This document shows positions 37,228 to 44,742 of a stretch of 44,868 nt of DNA, piece after piece (position 1 is the stretch's first letter; the number at the start of each line of letters is the position of its first letter). This DNA comes from a virus (taxonomy: Duplodnaviria > Caudoviricetes). The stretch spans positions 1 to 44,868 of IMG/VR virus record IMGVR_UViG_3300042503_001575. One strand, 5' to 3'. Below the pieces are notes generated by a model. It made no database searches and had not been told where the DNA came from. It saw nothing but the letters and a program-made list of their open reading frames with translations. Both the position numbers and the translations under genes were made by a program.

Positions 37228-37720
37228 ATGCGGAAACATTGATTATCATTTTTCAAAAAAGATGTGTAAACAATGCGCTACTATTGAATCTACACAAAAA
37301 AGAATGGAAGAATTTGAAGATGATGGAGAAAGCTTTCAAAATTTAGTTTCAGATTTAGATCATGTTTTTAGCCAATACATAAGATGTAAATATGCGGATA
37401 AGGATGGTATGGTAGAGTGTTACACTTCTGGGAAAAAGATGAGATGGCAGGAGATACAATGCGGTCACTTTATTCCTAGAGCAAATCTTGGTACTAGATG
37501 GTTAGAGGCAAATTGCAGACCACAATCTATGGAAGAAAATTACTTTAAGATGGGTAATTTAGAAGAATTTGAATGTAAGCTTGATGCAGAAAATAATGGT
37601 GTAGCAGAGTATTTAAGGGAATTAGCTAGACAAGTTGCAAAGCCTACAAAAGAAGAATTGAAGTCTTTAATTATTGAATATAGATCAAAGTTGAATCTTG
37701 TAAAGAAGAAATTTAATTAA
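37184..37720 (+). CDS. ninG: NinG/Rap-like recombination endonuclease
   Basis: LDHVFSQYIR..CYTSG..QCGHFIPR..TRW..NCRPQ. Confidence 0.8.
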   Translation: MRNSTIIVKKKRCVRCGNIDYHFSKKMCKQCATIESTQKRMEEFEDDGESFQNLVSDLDHVFSQYIRCKYADKDGMVECYTSGKKMRWQEIQCGHFIPRANLGTRWLEANCRPQSMEENYFKMGNLEEFECKLDAENNGVAEYLRELARQVAKPTKEELKSLIIEYRSKLNLVKKKFN

Positions 37721-37749
37721 ATTTATTTTTTTAATTAAATTAATTAAAT

Positions 37750-37757
37750 TAATTTTG
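37750..37757 (+). promoter_or_regulatory. Bacteroidota -7 promoter box TAATTTTG
   Basis: Consensus match upstream of 37784. Confidence 0.55.
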
Positions 37758-37783
37758 TACTCAAATATTAAAAACACAAAAAA

Positions 37784-37981
37784 ATGGCAAGAAACATTAG
37801 TCCAGATTCGGTATCAAGCAAGGTATCAGAACTGCAAGTAGGAGAAAGTTTACTATTAGAAAACCCATATACCTCAGTAATGGTTATGGTTTCAAATCTT
37901 AAAAGAAAAGAACAGCACAAACAAAAAGTATTTAAGATTAAAGAAAACGAAAAACAAACCAATGTAACCAGATTAAAATAA
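37784..37981 (+). CDS. Small probable DNA-binding protein
   Basis: LQVGES..VTRLK small winged-helix-like pattern. Confidence 0.55.
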   Translation: MARNISPDSVSSKVSELQVGESLLLENPYTSVMVMVSNLKRKEQHKQKVFKIKENEKQTNVTRLK

Positions 37982-37986
37982 GTAAT

Positions 37987-38364
37987 ATGCACATACAAAC
38001 CATCAACTACACTAGAACATTTAATTTAGGAAACTATTCATCAGAAAAAATAGGTGTTGAATTTGCTTTAAATCCGGGAGAATCGGCTAATAAAGCTCTT
38101 GATAACGCAAGAGAATTGGTTGAAGAGTATCATAAAAAAAGCTTAAAACAAATTGAAGAAGCTGGTTTTTATTTTGAACAAGATGAACCAATTATTGAAA
38201 AGATTATACCAACTCAATCAAAAAAGACGTTAACAGAAAAAACAAAAGATTTTATTGATTCATGCAATACAATTGAAGATTTGAAAGCTTGGGAATTGAT
38301 GAGTAAAAATAATCCAGAATTACAAGAGCATTATAATAAAAAACTAAACAACCTAAAATTATGA
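37987..38364 (+). CDS. Hypothetical protein (recombination module)
   Basis: RTFNLGNYSSEKIG motif; C-terminal helical bundle; coupled to the exonuclease. Confidence 0.6.
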   Translation: MHIQTINYTRTFNLGNYSSEKIGVEFALNPGESANKALDNARELVEEYHKKSLKQIEEAGFYFEQDEPIIEKIIPTQSKKTLTEKTKDFIDSCNTIEDLKAWELMSKNNPELQEHYNKKLNNLKL

Positions 38365-39083
38365 ATTGGAACCAAACCTTAATTAGATCAAGTTCTGTTG
38401 GCTATTTAATGACCGAGCCTGTAACCAAAGCAGACAAAGAAGCTGGTGTGTTATCTAAAACTGCACAAAAACATTTGATTGAAGTTTATATAGCTGAAAA
38501 ATATGGAAGGAAAAGAGATATACAAACAAAACAGATGAAGAAAGGTATTGAAGCTGAACAAGACTCAATTGACCTTCTATCTATGTATTTAAAAATTCCA
38601 TTTAGTAAAAATGATAAAAGGTTTACCAATGATTTTATCACAGGGTTTCCTGATATTATTGACAATGATAGAATTATTGATATTAAATCTAGTTATGATC
38701 TTTGGACATTTTTAGGTAATATACCAGATAAGTTAGATAGCTTATATTATTGGCAAATGCAGTCGTATATGTGGCTTACAAATGCTAAAAGCGCTATGAT
38801 TACTTATTGCCTTGTTAATACCCCATTTAGCATTATAGAACAAGAAAAGTATTATTTGTTAAAGAAAATGGACGTTGTTACAGAAGAAAATCCAGAGTAT
38901 GTAAAAGAAGCAATGAAGATTGAGTTTAACATGACATTTGACGATATTAATATTAATGAAAGAGTTTTAGTTTTTAATGTTGACAGAAACGAAGATGATA
39001 TTTTAAAGATTCAGCATAAAGTAGAAAAAGCAAGAGAATTTTTATCTGAAATTGAAAACAAGCACTTAAACTTTAATAAATGA
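38361..39083 (+). CDS. YqaJ / lambda-type exonuclease (PD-(D/E)xK)
   Basis: IRSS, MKKGIEAE, GFPD..IIDIKSS, YYWQMQSYMWLT. Confidence 0.85.
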   Translation: MNWNQTLIRSSSVGYLMTEPVTKADKEAGVLSKTAQKHLIEVYIAEKYGRKRDIQTKQMKKGIEAEQDSIDLLSMYLKIPFSKNDKRFTNDFITGFPDIIDNDRIIDIKSSYDLWTFLGNIPDKLDSLYYWQMQSYMWLTNAKSAMITYCLVNTPFSIIEQEKYYLLKKMDVVTEENPEYVKEAMKIEFNMTFDDININERVLVFNVDRNEDDILKIQHKVEKAREFLSEIENKHLNFNK

Positions 39084-39430
39084 ACGGAGCGAATATTATA
39101 AATGCAATTCAAAATTTAAAAATGGCTCAAGAACAATTTGAAGATTTTTGCAGGCAATACCGTAATTCACAAGGAGAAAAAATATTTAAAAATTACAGCA
39201 ATAAAATTGGTTGGATATTTAATGACATTATAACGCACCCTTTCCTTACAAACGAAGTTAGACTTGGAATTAAAAAAGAAATACAAAGTGATGTTTTTTC
39301 TGTCCCAGCCATTGTTGAAAAAGTGGCTTTATTAAATCCAGATCAAAGAGAAATAATAGAATTAACTATAGACGCAATGATAGGTGGAGAAGAAGTAAAA
39401 ATTGTTGATATTAACGAAATAAATAAATAA
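39080..39430 (+). CDS. Hypothetical protein
   Basis: ATGA-type overlap with the exonuclease gene; no motif recognised. Confidence 0.6.
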   Translation: MNGANIINAIQNLKMAQEQFEDFCRQYRNSQGEKIFKNYSNKIGWIFNDIITHPFLTNEVRLGIKKEIQSDVFSVPAIVEKVALLNPDQREIIELTIDAMIGGEEVKIVDINEINK

Positions 39431-39436
39431 ATAAAA

Positions 39437-39706
39437 ATGGCAAAGAAAAAAACAGAAATTCCAAAAGAAATACAAGTTTACACAGAAGGATGTGATTTTT
39501 GTATGCAGTTTGATTATGATGAACCACATGTAGTAGGCGCAAGTCCTGATGGCGATGGCGGCTTAGAAATTGTATTAAAAGCATACCAAGATGCTGGAAT
39601 CACTTTCGTGTGTCCAAATACTGGTAAAAAATTAAGACTATTTGCAAGGCCATTGTCAGATAAAGGAAAACAAATTTTAGACTCACAAGAACAACAAAAT
39701 CAATAA
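39437..39706 (+). CDS. Hypothetical protein
   Basis: In operon; CDFC and CPNTG motifs. Confidence 0.6.
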   Translation: MAKKKTEIPKEIQVYTEGCDFCMQFDYDEPHVVGASPDGDGGLEIVLKAYQDAGITFVCPNTGKKLRLFARPLSDKGKQILDSQEQQNQ

Positions 39707-39724
39707 CCATAAAAAATAACAACC

Positions 39725-40285
39725 ATGAAAAAATTAATCTTAGTAGTTCTATTTTTCGCAACAACTGTTGCCTATTCTCAAACATTCAATGGAGTTTCCA
39801 TATCTGGAAACACACAATCGGTAGTTGACAGTTTTAAAGCAAGAGGTTTCTCTGAATATAAAAAAGTTGATAATACGGTAATTATGAATGGGAAACTAAT
39901 GGGAAAGAAATTTGACCTATTTATTATGTCAACACCTAAATCAAATCAAGTATGTAAAGTATATGGATATTTTGACGAGATAGATAGCTGGAGCAGCATT
40001 AAAGCAGATTATAAAAGTATATATGAAATCCTATTTCAAAAATACGGTAAGCCAGACACAAAGTATGAATCGTTTTTAAAACCTTATTATGAGGGGGATG
40101 GGTACGAAATGCAAGCGGTTGCAAACGATAAAACCAATTATGTTTCATTTTGGTTTGGAAGAGATAATACCAATGTATCAGTATCTATTAGCAAATTCAA
40201 AAGTGTATTAATAGCATATGAAAATGCAAAGTTAATAGAGGTTGATATTCAGGAAAAATCAGAAATAGCAAAAAAATTATTTTAA
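39725..40285 (+). CDS. Secreted / periplasmic protein, paralogue 1
   Basis: Sec signal MKKLILVVLFFATTVAYS|Q; KYG and PYYEGDGYEMQAV motifs. Confidence 0.75.
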   Translation: MKKLILVVLFFATTVAYSQTFNGVSISGNTQSVVDSFKARGFSEYKKVDNTVIMNGKLMGKKFDLFIMSTPKSNQVCKVYGYFDEIDSWSSIKADYKSIYEILFQKYGKPDTKYESFLKPYYEGDGYEMQAVANDKTNYVSFWFGRDNTNVSVSISKFKSVLIAYENAKLIEVDIQEKSEIAKKLF

Positions 40286-40305
40286 TTTAAAAAAATTAAC
40301 CAACC

Positions 40306-40872
40306 ATGAAAAAGTTAATAACAACCACATTAATCATTGTTTTTTTAGTAGGCACCGCAATGTCACAAGTATTTGACGGAATTTCAATTTCGGGTGACTT
40401 TAACACTACATTACAAAAGTTTAAATCTAAAGGTTATACATTAGAAAATGTATTTCCAGAAGGAGCCATTTTAAATGGTAAAGTAGCTTCTACTAATATT
40501 GAATTATTTTTATTTAAAACTCCAAAAACAAAAAAAGTATTTAAAGCAAGTATTTACTTGCCTAAAAAAGATAATTGGGATGATCTTAAATCTCAATTTG
40601 ATAGTTACCACAATTTATTACTTGAGAAGTATGGTGAAACAACTGATAGATTTCAATTTTTTTCTAGTCCGTATTACGAAGGAGATGGATTTGAGATGCA
40701 AGCTGTTGAAAAAGAAAAGTGCAGGTATATGTCTTTTTGGTCAAATATAGGAGGAGCTAGCTACTCAGTAGAGATAACAAAATATAAGCAAGTAAAAATA
40801 ACGTATGAAAATGACGAATTATTTAGACTAAAAGATAAAGAAACTTTGGATATTAAATCTAAGATATTCTAA
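40306..40872 (+). CDS. Secreted / periplasmic protein, paralogue 2
   Basis: Sec signal MKKLITTTLIIVFLVGTAMS|Q; KYG and PYYEGDGFEMQAV motifs. Confidence 0.75.
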   Translation: MKKLITTTLIIVFLVGTAMSQVFDGISISGDFNTTLQKFKSKGYTLENVFPEGAILNGKVASTNIELFLFKTPKTKKVFKASIYLPKKDNWDDLKSQFDSYHNLLLEKYGETTDRFQFFSSPYYEGDGFEMQAVEKEKCRYMSFWSNIGGASYSVEITKYKQVKITYENDELFRLKDKETLDIKSKIF

Positions 40873-40874
40873 AT

Positions 40875-40908
40875 AATAAAGGCGGCCTAAAAAACCGCCT
40901 TATTTTTT
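40875..40908. terminator. Bidirectional intrinsic terminator
   Basis: AAGGCGG-loop-CCGCCTT with A-rich and T-rich flanks between convergent genes. Confidence 0.75.
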
Positions 40909-41197
40909 ATGATTTCTTATGTGCATTTGCAAATTTACGAGCAGCTTCTTCACTACCAAATCCCCAAGCTTTAAGCGCTAACGCTTTACGAGTTGGTTCT
41001 CCATTAGGCTTTTTCATAGCACCTAGCATACCACTAAATCTAGCAGCAAAAGATACTCTTCTTGGATTTACACCAGATTTTACTGGAGCTTTTAAATTAC
41101 CACCAGTTTCTGCATTGTAAGATGCGCGACCTTTTGCGTTTAATCCGCCTTCTGGATTTTTACCTTCTTTTCTTTGCCAACTTGGGGTTTTACTCAT
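40907..41197 (-). CDS. Small basic conserved phage protein (DUF6321-like)
   Basis: WQRKEGKNPEGGLNAKGRASYN..NLKAP..RRVSFAARF.GM..ALKAWG. Confidence 0.75.
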   Translation of the reverse strand: MSKTPSWQRKEGKNPEGGLNAKGRASYNAETGGNLKAPVKSGVNPRRVSFAARFSGMLGAMKKPNGEPTRKALALKAWGFGSEEAARKFANAHKKS

Positions 41198-41657
41198 TTT
41201 TTTTATTGTTTACTAATTTACAAAATAATATTACATCTTCATGTGTAAATTCAGATTTACATACATTGTACATAAATACTACAATTTTTACATTATCTTT
41301 TAAATACGGTTTAGAGCTATCAATTCTGTCTATTGAAGGTACCCAAGGATTTTTAGCATGATTTGATGACCTAATTTCTGTAGTCAAATCAAATTTAATA
41401 CCAGTTACTTCGCAATAACCATTTTTAATTTTGTCATAGATCCAATTACAATCAAAATCTGGCTTAGGCCAATTCATTGTTTTTGCCCTTTTGGTGGCAT
41501 TTCCATACAACCTATGCGCTCTAAGTTTATCAGGATTGTTTTCATTCCATTGCTTCTTATAACAAGTAGTACATATGTTAAACTTTCCTTTGGCAAAAGA
41601 TTTTTTATCTTTTTCTTTATGGCATCCGCTACACTTCCTTCTTAATTCTTCTGCCAT
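41190..41657 (-). CDS. HNH-like endonuclease with N-terminal Zn finger
   Basis: CSGC..CTTC; CEVTG..PSIDRIDSSKPYLKDNVKIVVFMYNVCKS. Confidence 0.8.
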   Translation of the reverse strand: MAEELRRKCSGCHKEKDKKSFAKGKFNICTTCYKKQWNENNPDKLRAHRLYGNATKRAKTMNWPKPDFDCNWIYDKIKNGYCEVTGIKFDLTTEIRSSNHAKNPWVPSIDRIDSSKPYLKDNVKIVVFMYNVCKSEFTHEDVILFCKLVNNKKNE

Positions 41658-41812
41658 TATTTTTTTTCTTCTGCTTTAATTTTCTTTTCTTGTTTCAACA
41701 TTTCGGCAGTTGGTTTCTTCCCACTTCCTTTGTTTGCACGAATATTATCCCACAAACCACGAGGTGAATATGATCCATCTGCTCGTTTCATCATTTGTAA
41801 TTTATTTTTCAT
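41657..41812 (-). CDS. Small basic protein (51 aa)
   Basis: Manual translation MKNKLQMMKRADGSYSPRGLWDNIRANKGSGKKPTAEMLKQEKKIKAEEKK; TAATG coupling to the endonuclease. Confidence 0.7.
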   Translation of the reverse strand: MKNKLQMMKRADGSYSPRGLWDNIRANKGSGKKPTAEMLKQEKKIKAEEKK

Positions 41813-41828
41813 ACGCTAATTTACGAAT

Positions 41829-42137
41829 TTATTTCCAATTTTCAGACTTCCAAATAGCTAAATCTATTCCAACCAACCCTCTAGGAGGCTCAGGATTGCC
41901 ATTTTTAGGCTTTTTTTCGGCATTTATATTATCAAAGTGGTTTCTTATCATCTCTTTAGGAGTTAGGTCATTTTTGGGCTTTATTTCAAGGTTATTGTTC
42001 ATTACCATCACTGCTTCATAAAAAGACATTAAAAAATTTAATACTGATTGTGGTGTTTTTAAATTTGGATTATTTTTTAAAATAAATTCAAATTGATTTA
42101 AGTCAAATCTAACTCCAATTGGTTTGCTTTTTGCCAT
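41829..42137 (-). CDS. Probable ribbon-helix-helix-like DNA-binding protein
   Basis: N-terminal KSKPIGVRFD strand followed by two helices. Confidence 0.45.
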   Translation of the reverse strand: MAKSKPIGVRFDLNQFEFILKNNPNLKTPQSVLNFLMSFYEAVMVMNNNLEIKPKNDLTPKEMIRNHFDNINAEKKPKNGNPEPPRGLVGIDLAIWKSENWK

Positions 42138-42146
42138 AATTTTAAT

Positions 42147-43004
42147 TTAAAATGCTTCACAGCTTTCAGAACATCCATCTAACGGGTCAAACATTGTTAC
42201 TTGCTTTAATTCTGCTTGACTCATTTTTGCCATTTTGCGAATATCTATTGTAGATTTATTGTTTCTATAAAAGTTAAAAGGTGGATTTAAAGTATTATTT
42301 CTGGGATTAAATTCCCCATATTTTTCTTCCATTAATGACCACCATTTAAAACTTTTAGGATTTCTAATCATATTTCTTGCCAATCTTGGAAAGTCTTTTT
42401 TCCAACAATTATCGCAGTTGCCTTCATCTGGGTGTATAGATAAGTCAAAATATTGCTTTAGCCACCATTCCGAAACCATTGACTTTGTGACTGGATTTAT
42501 TTCAGCTAAAGGATATATGAATTTTTTTTGTATTCTGTTTCCATCTATTCTGTTTAATTCATCAAATCTTATTCCAATCGCTCTATAGTAATCCTTCCAT
42601 CCAATTGATTTTAAATAACTTTCAATAGCTGATGTTTTTAATTGTTTGCTACAAAAAGGCTCATCTGTTCTAGGAATACCCAAAACTGAAATCATTTCTT
42701 CAAAAGGCTCTCCCTTTCTACTGGCAGAATCAAAGTCAACAATTTTATGTTGAACAGACCATCCCTTGTCAGAAAAGGGCTTACCATTTTGGTCTTTGCA
42801 CTTCGCTTCAACCCATATAATTGGGATACCCCACTCTTGAGAACATTCATCTACAAAAAACAAAGTACCCTCAGCTTCTTTTCCAGTATTTGCAAAAACA
42901 ACAATTTTTTCCCATTGATCCCTTTCTTTCCATTCGTTAAAAAGAAACCACAACATATAACCAGAAGTTCGCCCACCACTAAAAGAAATAAGTAGTTTTT
43001 TCAT
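42147..43004 (-). CDS. PAPS-reductase-family (PP-loop, Fe-S) phage protein
   Basis: ISFSGGRTS, FANTGKE, FCSKQLK, IGIRFDE, YPL, GNCDNCWKK, CSESC. Confidence 0.85.
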   Translation of the reverse strand: MKKLLISFSGGRTSGYMLWFLFNEWKERDQWEKIVVFANTGKEAEGTLFFVDECSQEWGIPIIWVEAKCKDQNGKPFSDKGWSVQHKIVDFDSASRKGEPFEEMISVLGIPRTDEPFCSKQLKTSAIESYLKSIGWKDYYRAIGIRFDELNRIDGNRIQKKFIYPLAEINPVTKSMVSEWWLKQYFDLSIHPDEGNCDNCWKKDFPRLARNMIRNPKSFKWWSLMEEKYGEFNPRNNTLNPPFNFYRNNKSTIDIRKMAKMSQAELKQVTMFDPLDGCSESCEAF

Positions 43005-43012
43005 AATTTTAA

Positions 43013-43088
43013 TTGTAGCTACAAAGTTAAGTTAATTATTTCAAATGTAGCTACAAAAAATAAATTAATTAACCCAAATGTAGCTACA
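43013..43088. promoter_or_regulatory. Three palindromic TGTAGCTACA boxes overlapping a minus-strand TAACTTTG promoter
   Basis: Boxes start at 43014, 43046 and 43079; promoter box at 43022-43029. Confidence 0.75.
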
Positions 43089-43090
43089 AT

Positions 43091-43260
43091 CCCCCCCCCA
43101 TAATACCCCTAAACAAAGCAAAGCAAAACAGAAAACAACCCAACCAAACAAGCGCAAAGAAAACCAATCGCAAGACCAACCAACAAGCCCACAAGCCCCG
43201 CCAAACCCATACAACACAAGGGAAGCAAAGGAGTTGCAAGGGAAACCAAAAAACAGACCT
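43091..43260. other. Non-coding, strand-asymmetric C/A-rich tract
   Basis: C9 run, then only 2 T in 43111-43230. Confidence 0.8.
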
Positions 43261-43394
43261 ACCCAGTGCAAGAGAATTGAAACCCCAAAAAAAGCAGCGA
43301 GGACTTTTTGCAGCGGGGTACCTTATCTTTATGTTTATGCAGAGTGTTTTAAAATTTTTTCCTTATTAGAATGGTGGAAATGGTGAAAATATGG

Positions 43395-43402
43395 TATATT
43401 TG
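43395..43402 (+). promoter_or_regulatory. Bacteroidota -7 promoter box TATATTTG
   Basis: Consensus match 17 nt before the ATG at 43420. Confidence 0.65.
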
Positions 43403-43419
43403 GGTGTAAAAACATAGTT

Positions 43420-43770
43420 ATGTTAAAATCAATGAAAAGACCAGCAAGCGACACTACCGAAAAAAAACCGGTAACTGATACTATTGCCGCTAAATTGGTT
43501 AAAAAGGGAGTTGAAACTAGAAAGGGCATGGATTTTACCAAAAGAGATAAAGATATAGCTGAGGTTAATGCTGCATTAGCAGATCCTTTAGCAACTGATC
43601 CTGATTTCAAAGGCTACCTTTTAAAATTAAAATCATCTCTTATGAGGGAAGGGTACACCGAACCTGAAATTAAGGCTAGAATAGACAGAGCTGCTACAGA
43701 ACAATCCGCAAAAGAAAAAGAAAAATTATCAAAACTTGAAGAAGGTTTTTTAAAAAAGAAAAACAAATAG
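43420..43770 (+). CDS. Hypothetical Lys-rich protein
   Basis: ORF preceded by a promoter box; no motif recognised. Confidence 0.6.
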   Translation: MLKSMKRPASDTTEKKPVTDTIAAKLVKKGVETRKGMDFTKRDKDIAEVNAALADPLATDPDFKGYLLKLKSSLMREGYTEPEIKARIDRAATEQSAKEKEKLSKLEEGFLKKKNK

Positions 43771-43772
43771 TC

Positions 43773-44024
43773 ATGATGCAAGGAAATCAAAATAAATTAG
43801 ATAAAAACCAAAATGGTAAAATTGACTCTCAGGATTTCAAGATGCTAAGAGGTGAATCTAAAGAAGCAGGAATGGGTGGTAAGCCTAGTTTAAAGGCTAA
43901 ATTTGAGGCTTCTATGCAAAAGCAATATAAATCCCGTCCAGAGAATCAGATGGAAAAAAAGGCTCCTATGGGGGACAAAAAGAAATCTACTAAGTTATCA
44001 ATGATGAGTAAATTAAAATATTAA
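43773..44024 (+). CDS. Small basic protein with an EF-hand-like loop
   Basis: LDKNQNGKIDSQDFKMLR fits DxNxxGxIxxxD. Confidence 0.65.
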   Translation: MMQGNQNKLDKNQNGKIDSQDFKMLRGESKEAGMGGKPSLKAKFEASMQKQYKSRPENQMEKKAPMGDKKKSTKLSMMSKLKY

Positions 44025-44053
44025 ACTCGGTTAGTTGGTTTGTTATTACTTTG

Positions 44054-44081
44054 AGCCTCCCTTAAAAAAGGAGGTTTTTTT
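44054..44081 (+). terminator. Intrinsic terminator
   Basis: GCCTCC-loop-GGAGGT-TTTTTT. Confidence 0.8.
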
Positions 44082-44126
44082 GTACTTACATTGTTATTCC
44101 GTATCTTTATCGTAAACTATACGGAG

Positions 44127-44282
44127 ATGAATAAACTAAGAAAAGAAGTTCAACTTGAACAAGAAATCATTAACAAGCTAACAATATTAGCAGAAAAAAA
44201 ACAATGGTCATTAAAGAAAATGATGGAAACTATTTTGATTAAGGCAGTTAAAAATGTATCACTTGAGGAAAGTAATTCTTAA
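44127..44282 (+). CDS. Small ribbon-helix-helix (CopG/Arc-like) protein
   Basis: RKEVQLEQEIINKLTILAEKKQWSLKKMMETIL; ATG at 44127. Confidence 0.6.
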   Translation: MNKLRKEVQLEQEIINKLTILAEKKQWSLKKMMETILIKAVKNVSLEESNS

Positions 44283-44721
44283 CATCACACCTCAAACTCA
44301 CGTCAGAGCAACCCAAGGTGATTCAATATTCTTCAGAATACCAAGAGATAAGTTAAGGCCACCCGGACTAAAAAGATTGCTTAGACTAGAAAGGTATAAT
44401 AATTACAAGTTGAATCTTTCAGCTGAAGCAAAAAGGAAATCTTTTGTCATGCCCCCGGTGGGAGCTTCAATAACATTTGTGATTCCAGTTCCTCCTTCTT
44501 GGTCAAAGAAAAAAAAGAAATTGTATCATGGCAGATTTCATCAGTCAAAACCTGATATAGATAATTTACAAAAAGCTTTTTTAGATTCTTTGATGATGGA
44601 GGATAAACAGATCGCGCATCTAGAAGTTCAAAAAAGATGGGTTGACTTTGAGGTAGGTTGGATTGAAGTTACATTAAAAGAATACGAACATGTCTTAGAA
44701 TTACCAACTCCCAAAGAATAA
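44254..44721 (+). CDS. rusA: RusA-family Holliday junction resolvase
   Basis: FVIPVPPSWSKKKK..HQSKPDIDNLQKAFLDSL..EDKQI..KRW. Confidence 0.88.
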   Translation: MYHLRKVILNITPQTHVRATQGDSIFFRIPRDKLRPPGLKRLLRLERYNNYKLNLSAEAKRKSFVMPPVGASITFVIPVPPSWSKKKKKLYHGRFHQSKPDIDNLQKAFLDSLMMEDKQIAHLEVQKRWVDFEVGWIEVTLKEYEHVLELPTPKE

Positions 44722-44742
44722 GCCTCTCGCCAAAGACTCCGC

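Noticed and set aside
36327-37760. TTAATTAA palindromes near promoters as Cro operators, or a lysogeny switch
   Set aside because: They are expected by chance in very AT-rich spacers, and no CI-like repressor or integrase is in the window.
43013-43088. Mini CRISPR array
   Set aside because: Repeats are only 10-14 bp with about 22-bp AT-rich spacers and there are no cas genes; an operator array fits better.
43065-43271. 68-aa hydrophobic ORF on the minus strand
   Set aside because: An A-poor strand cannot form stop codons, so the ORF is a by-product of the compositional bias.
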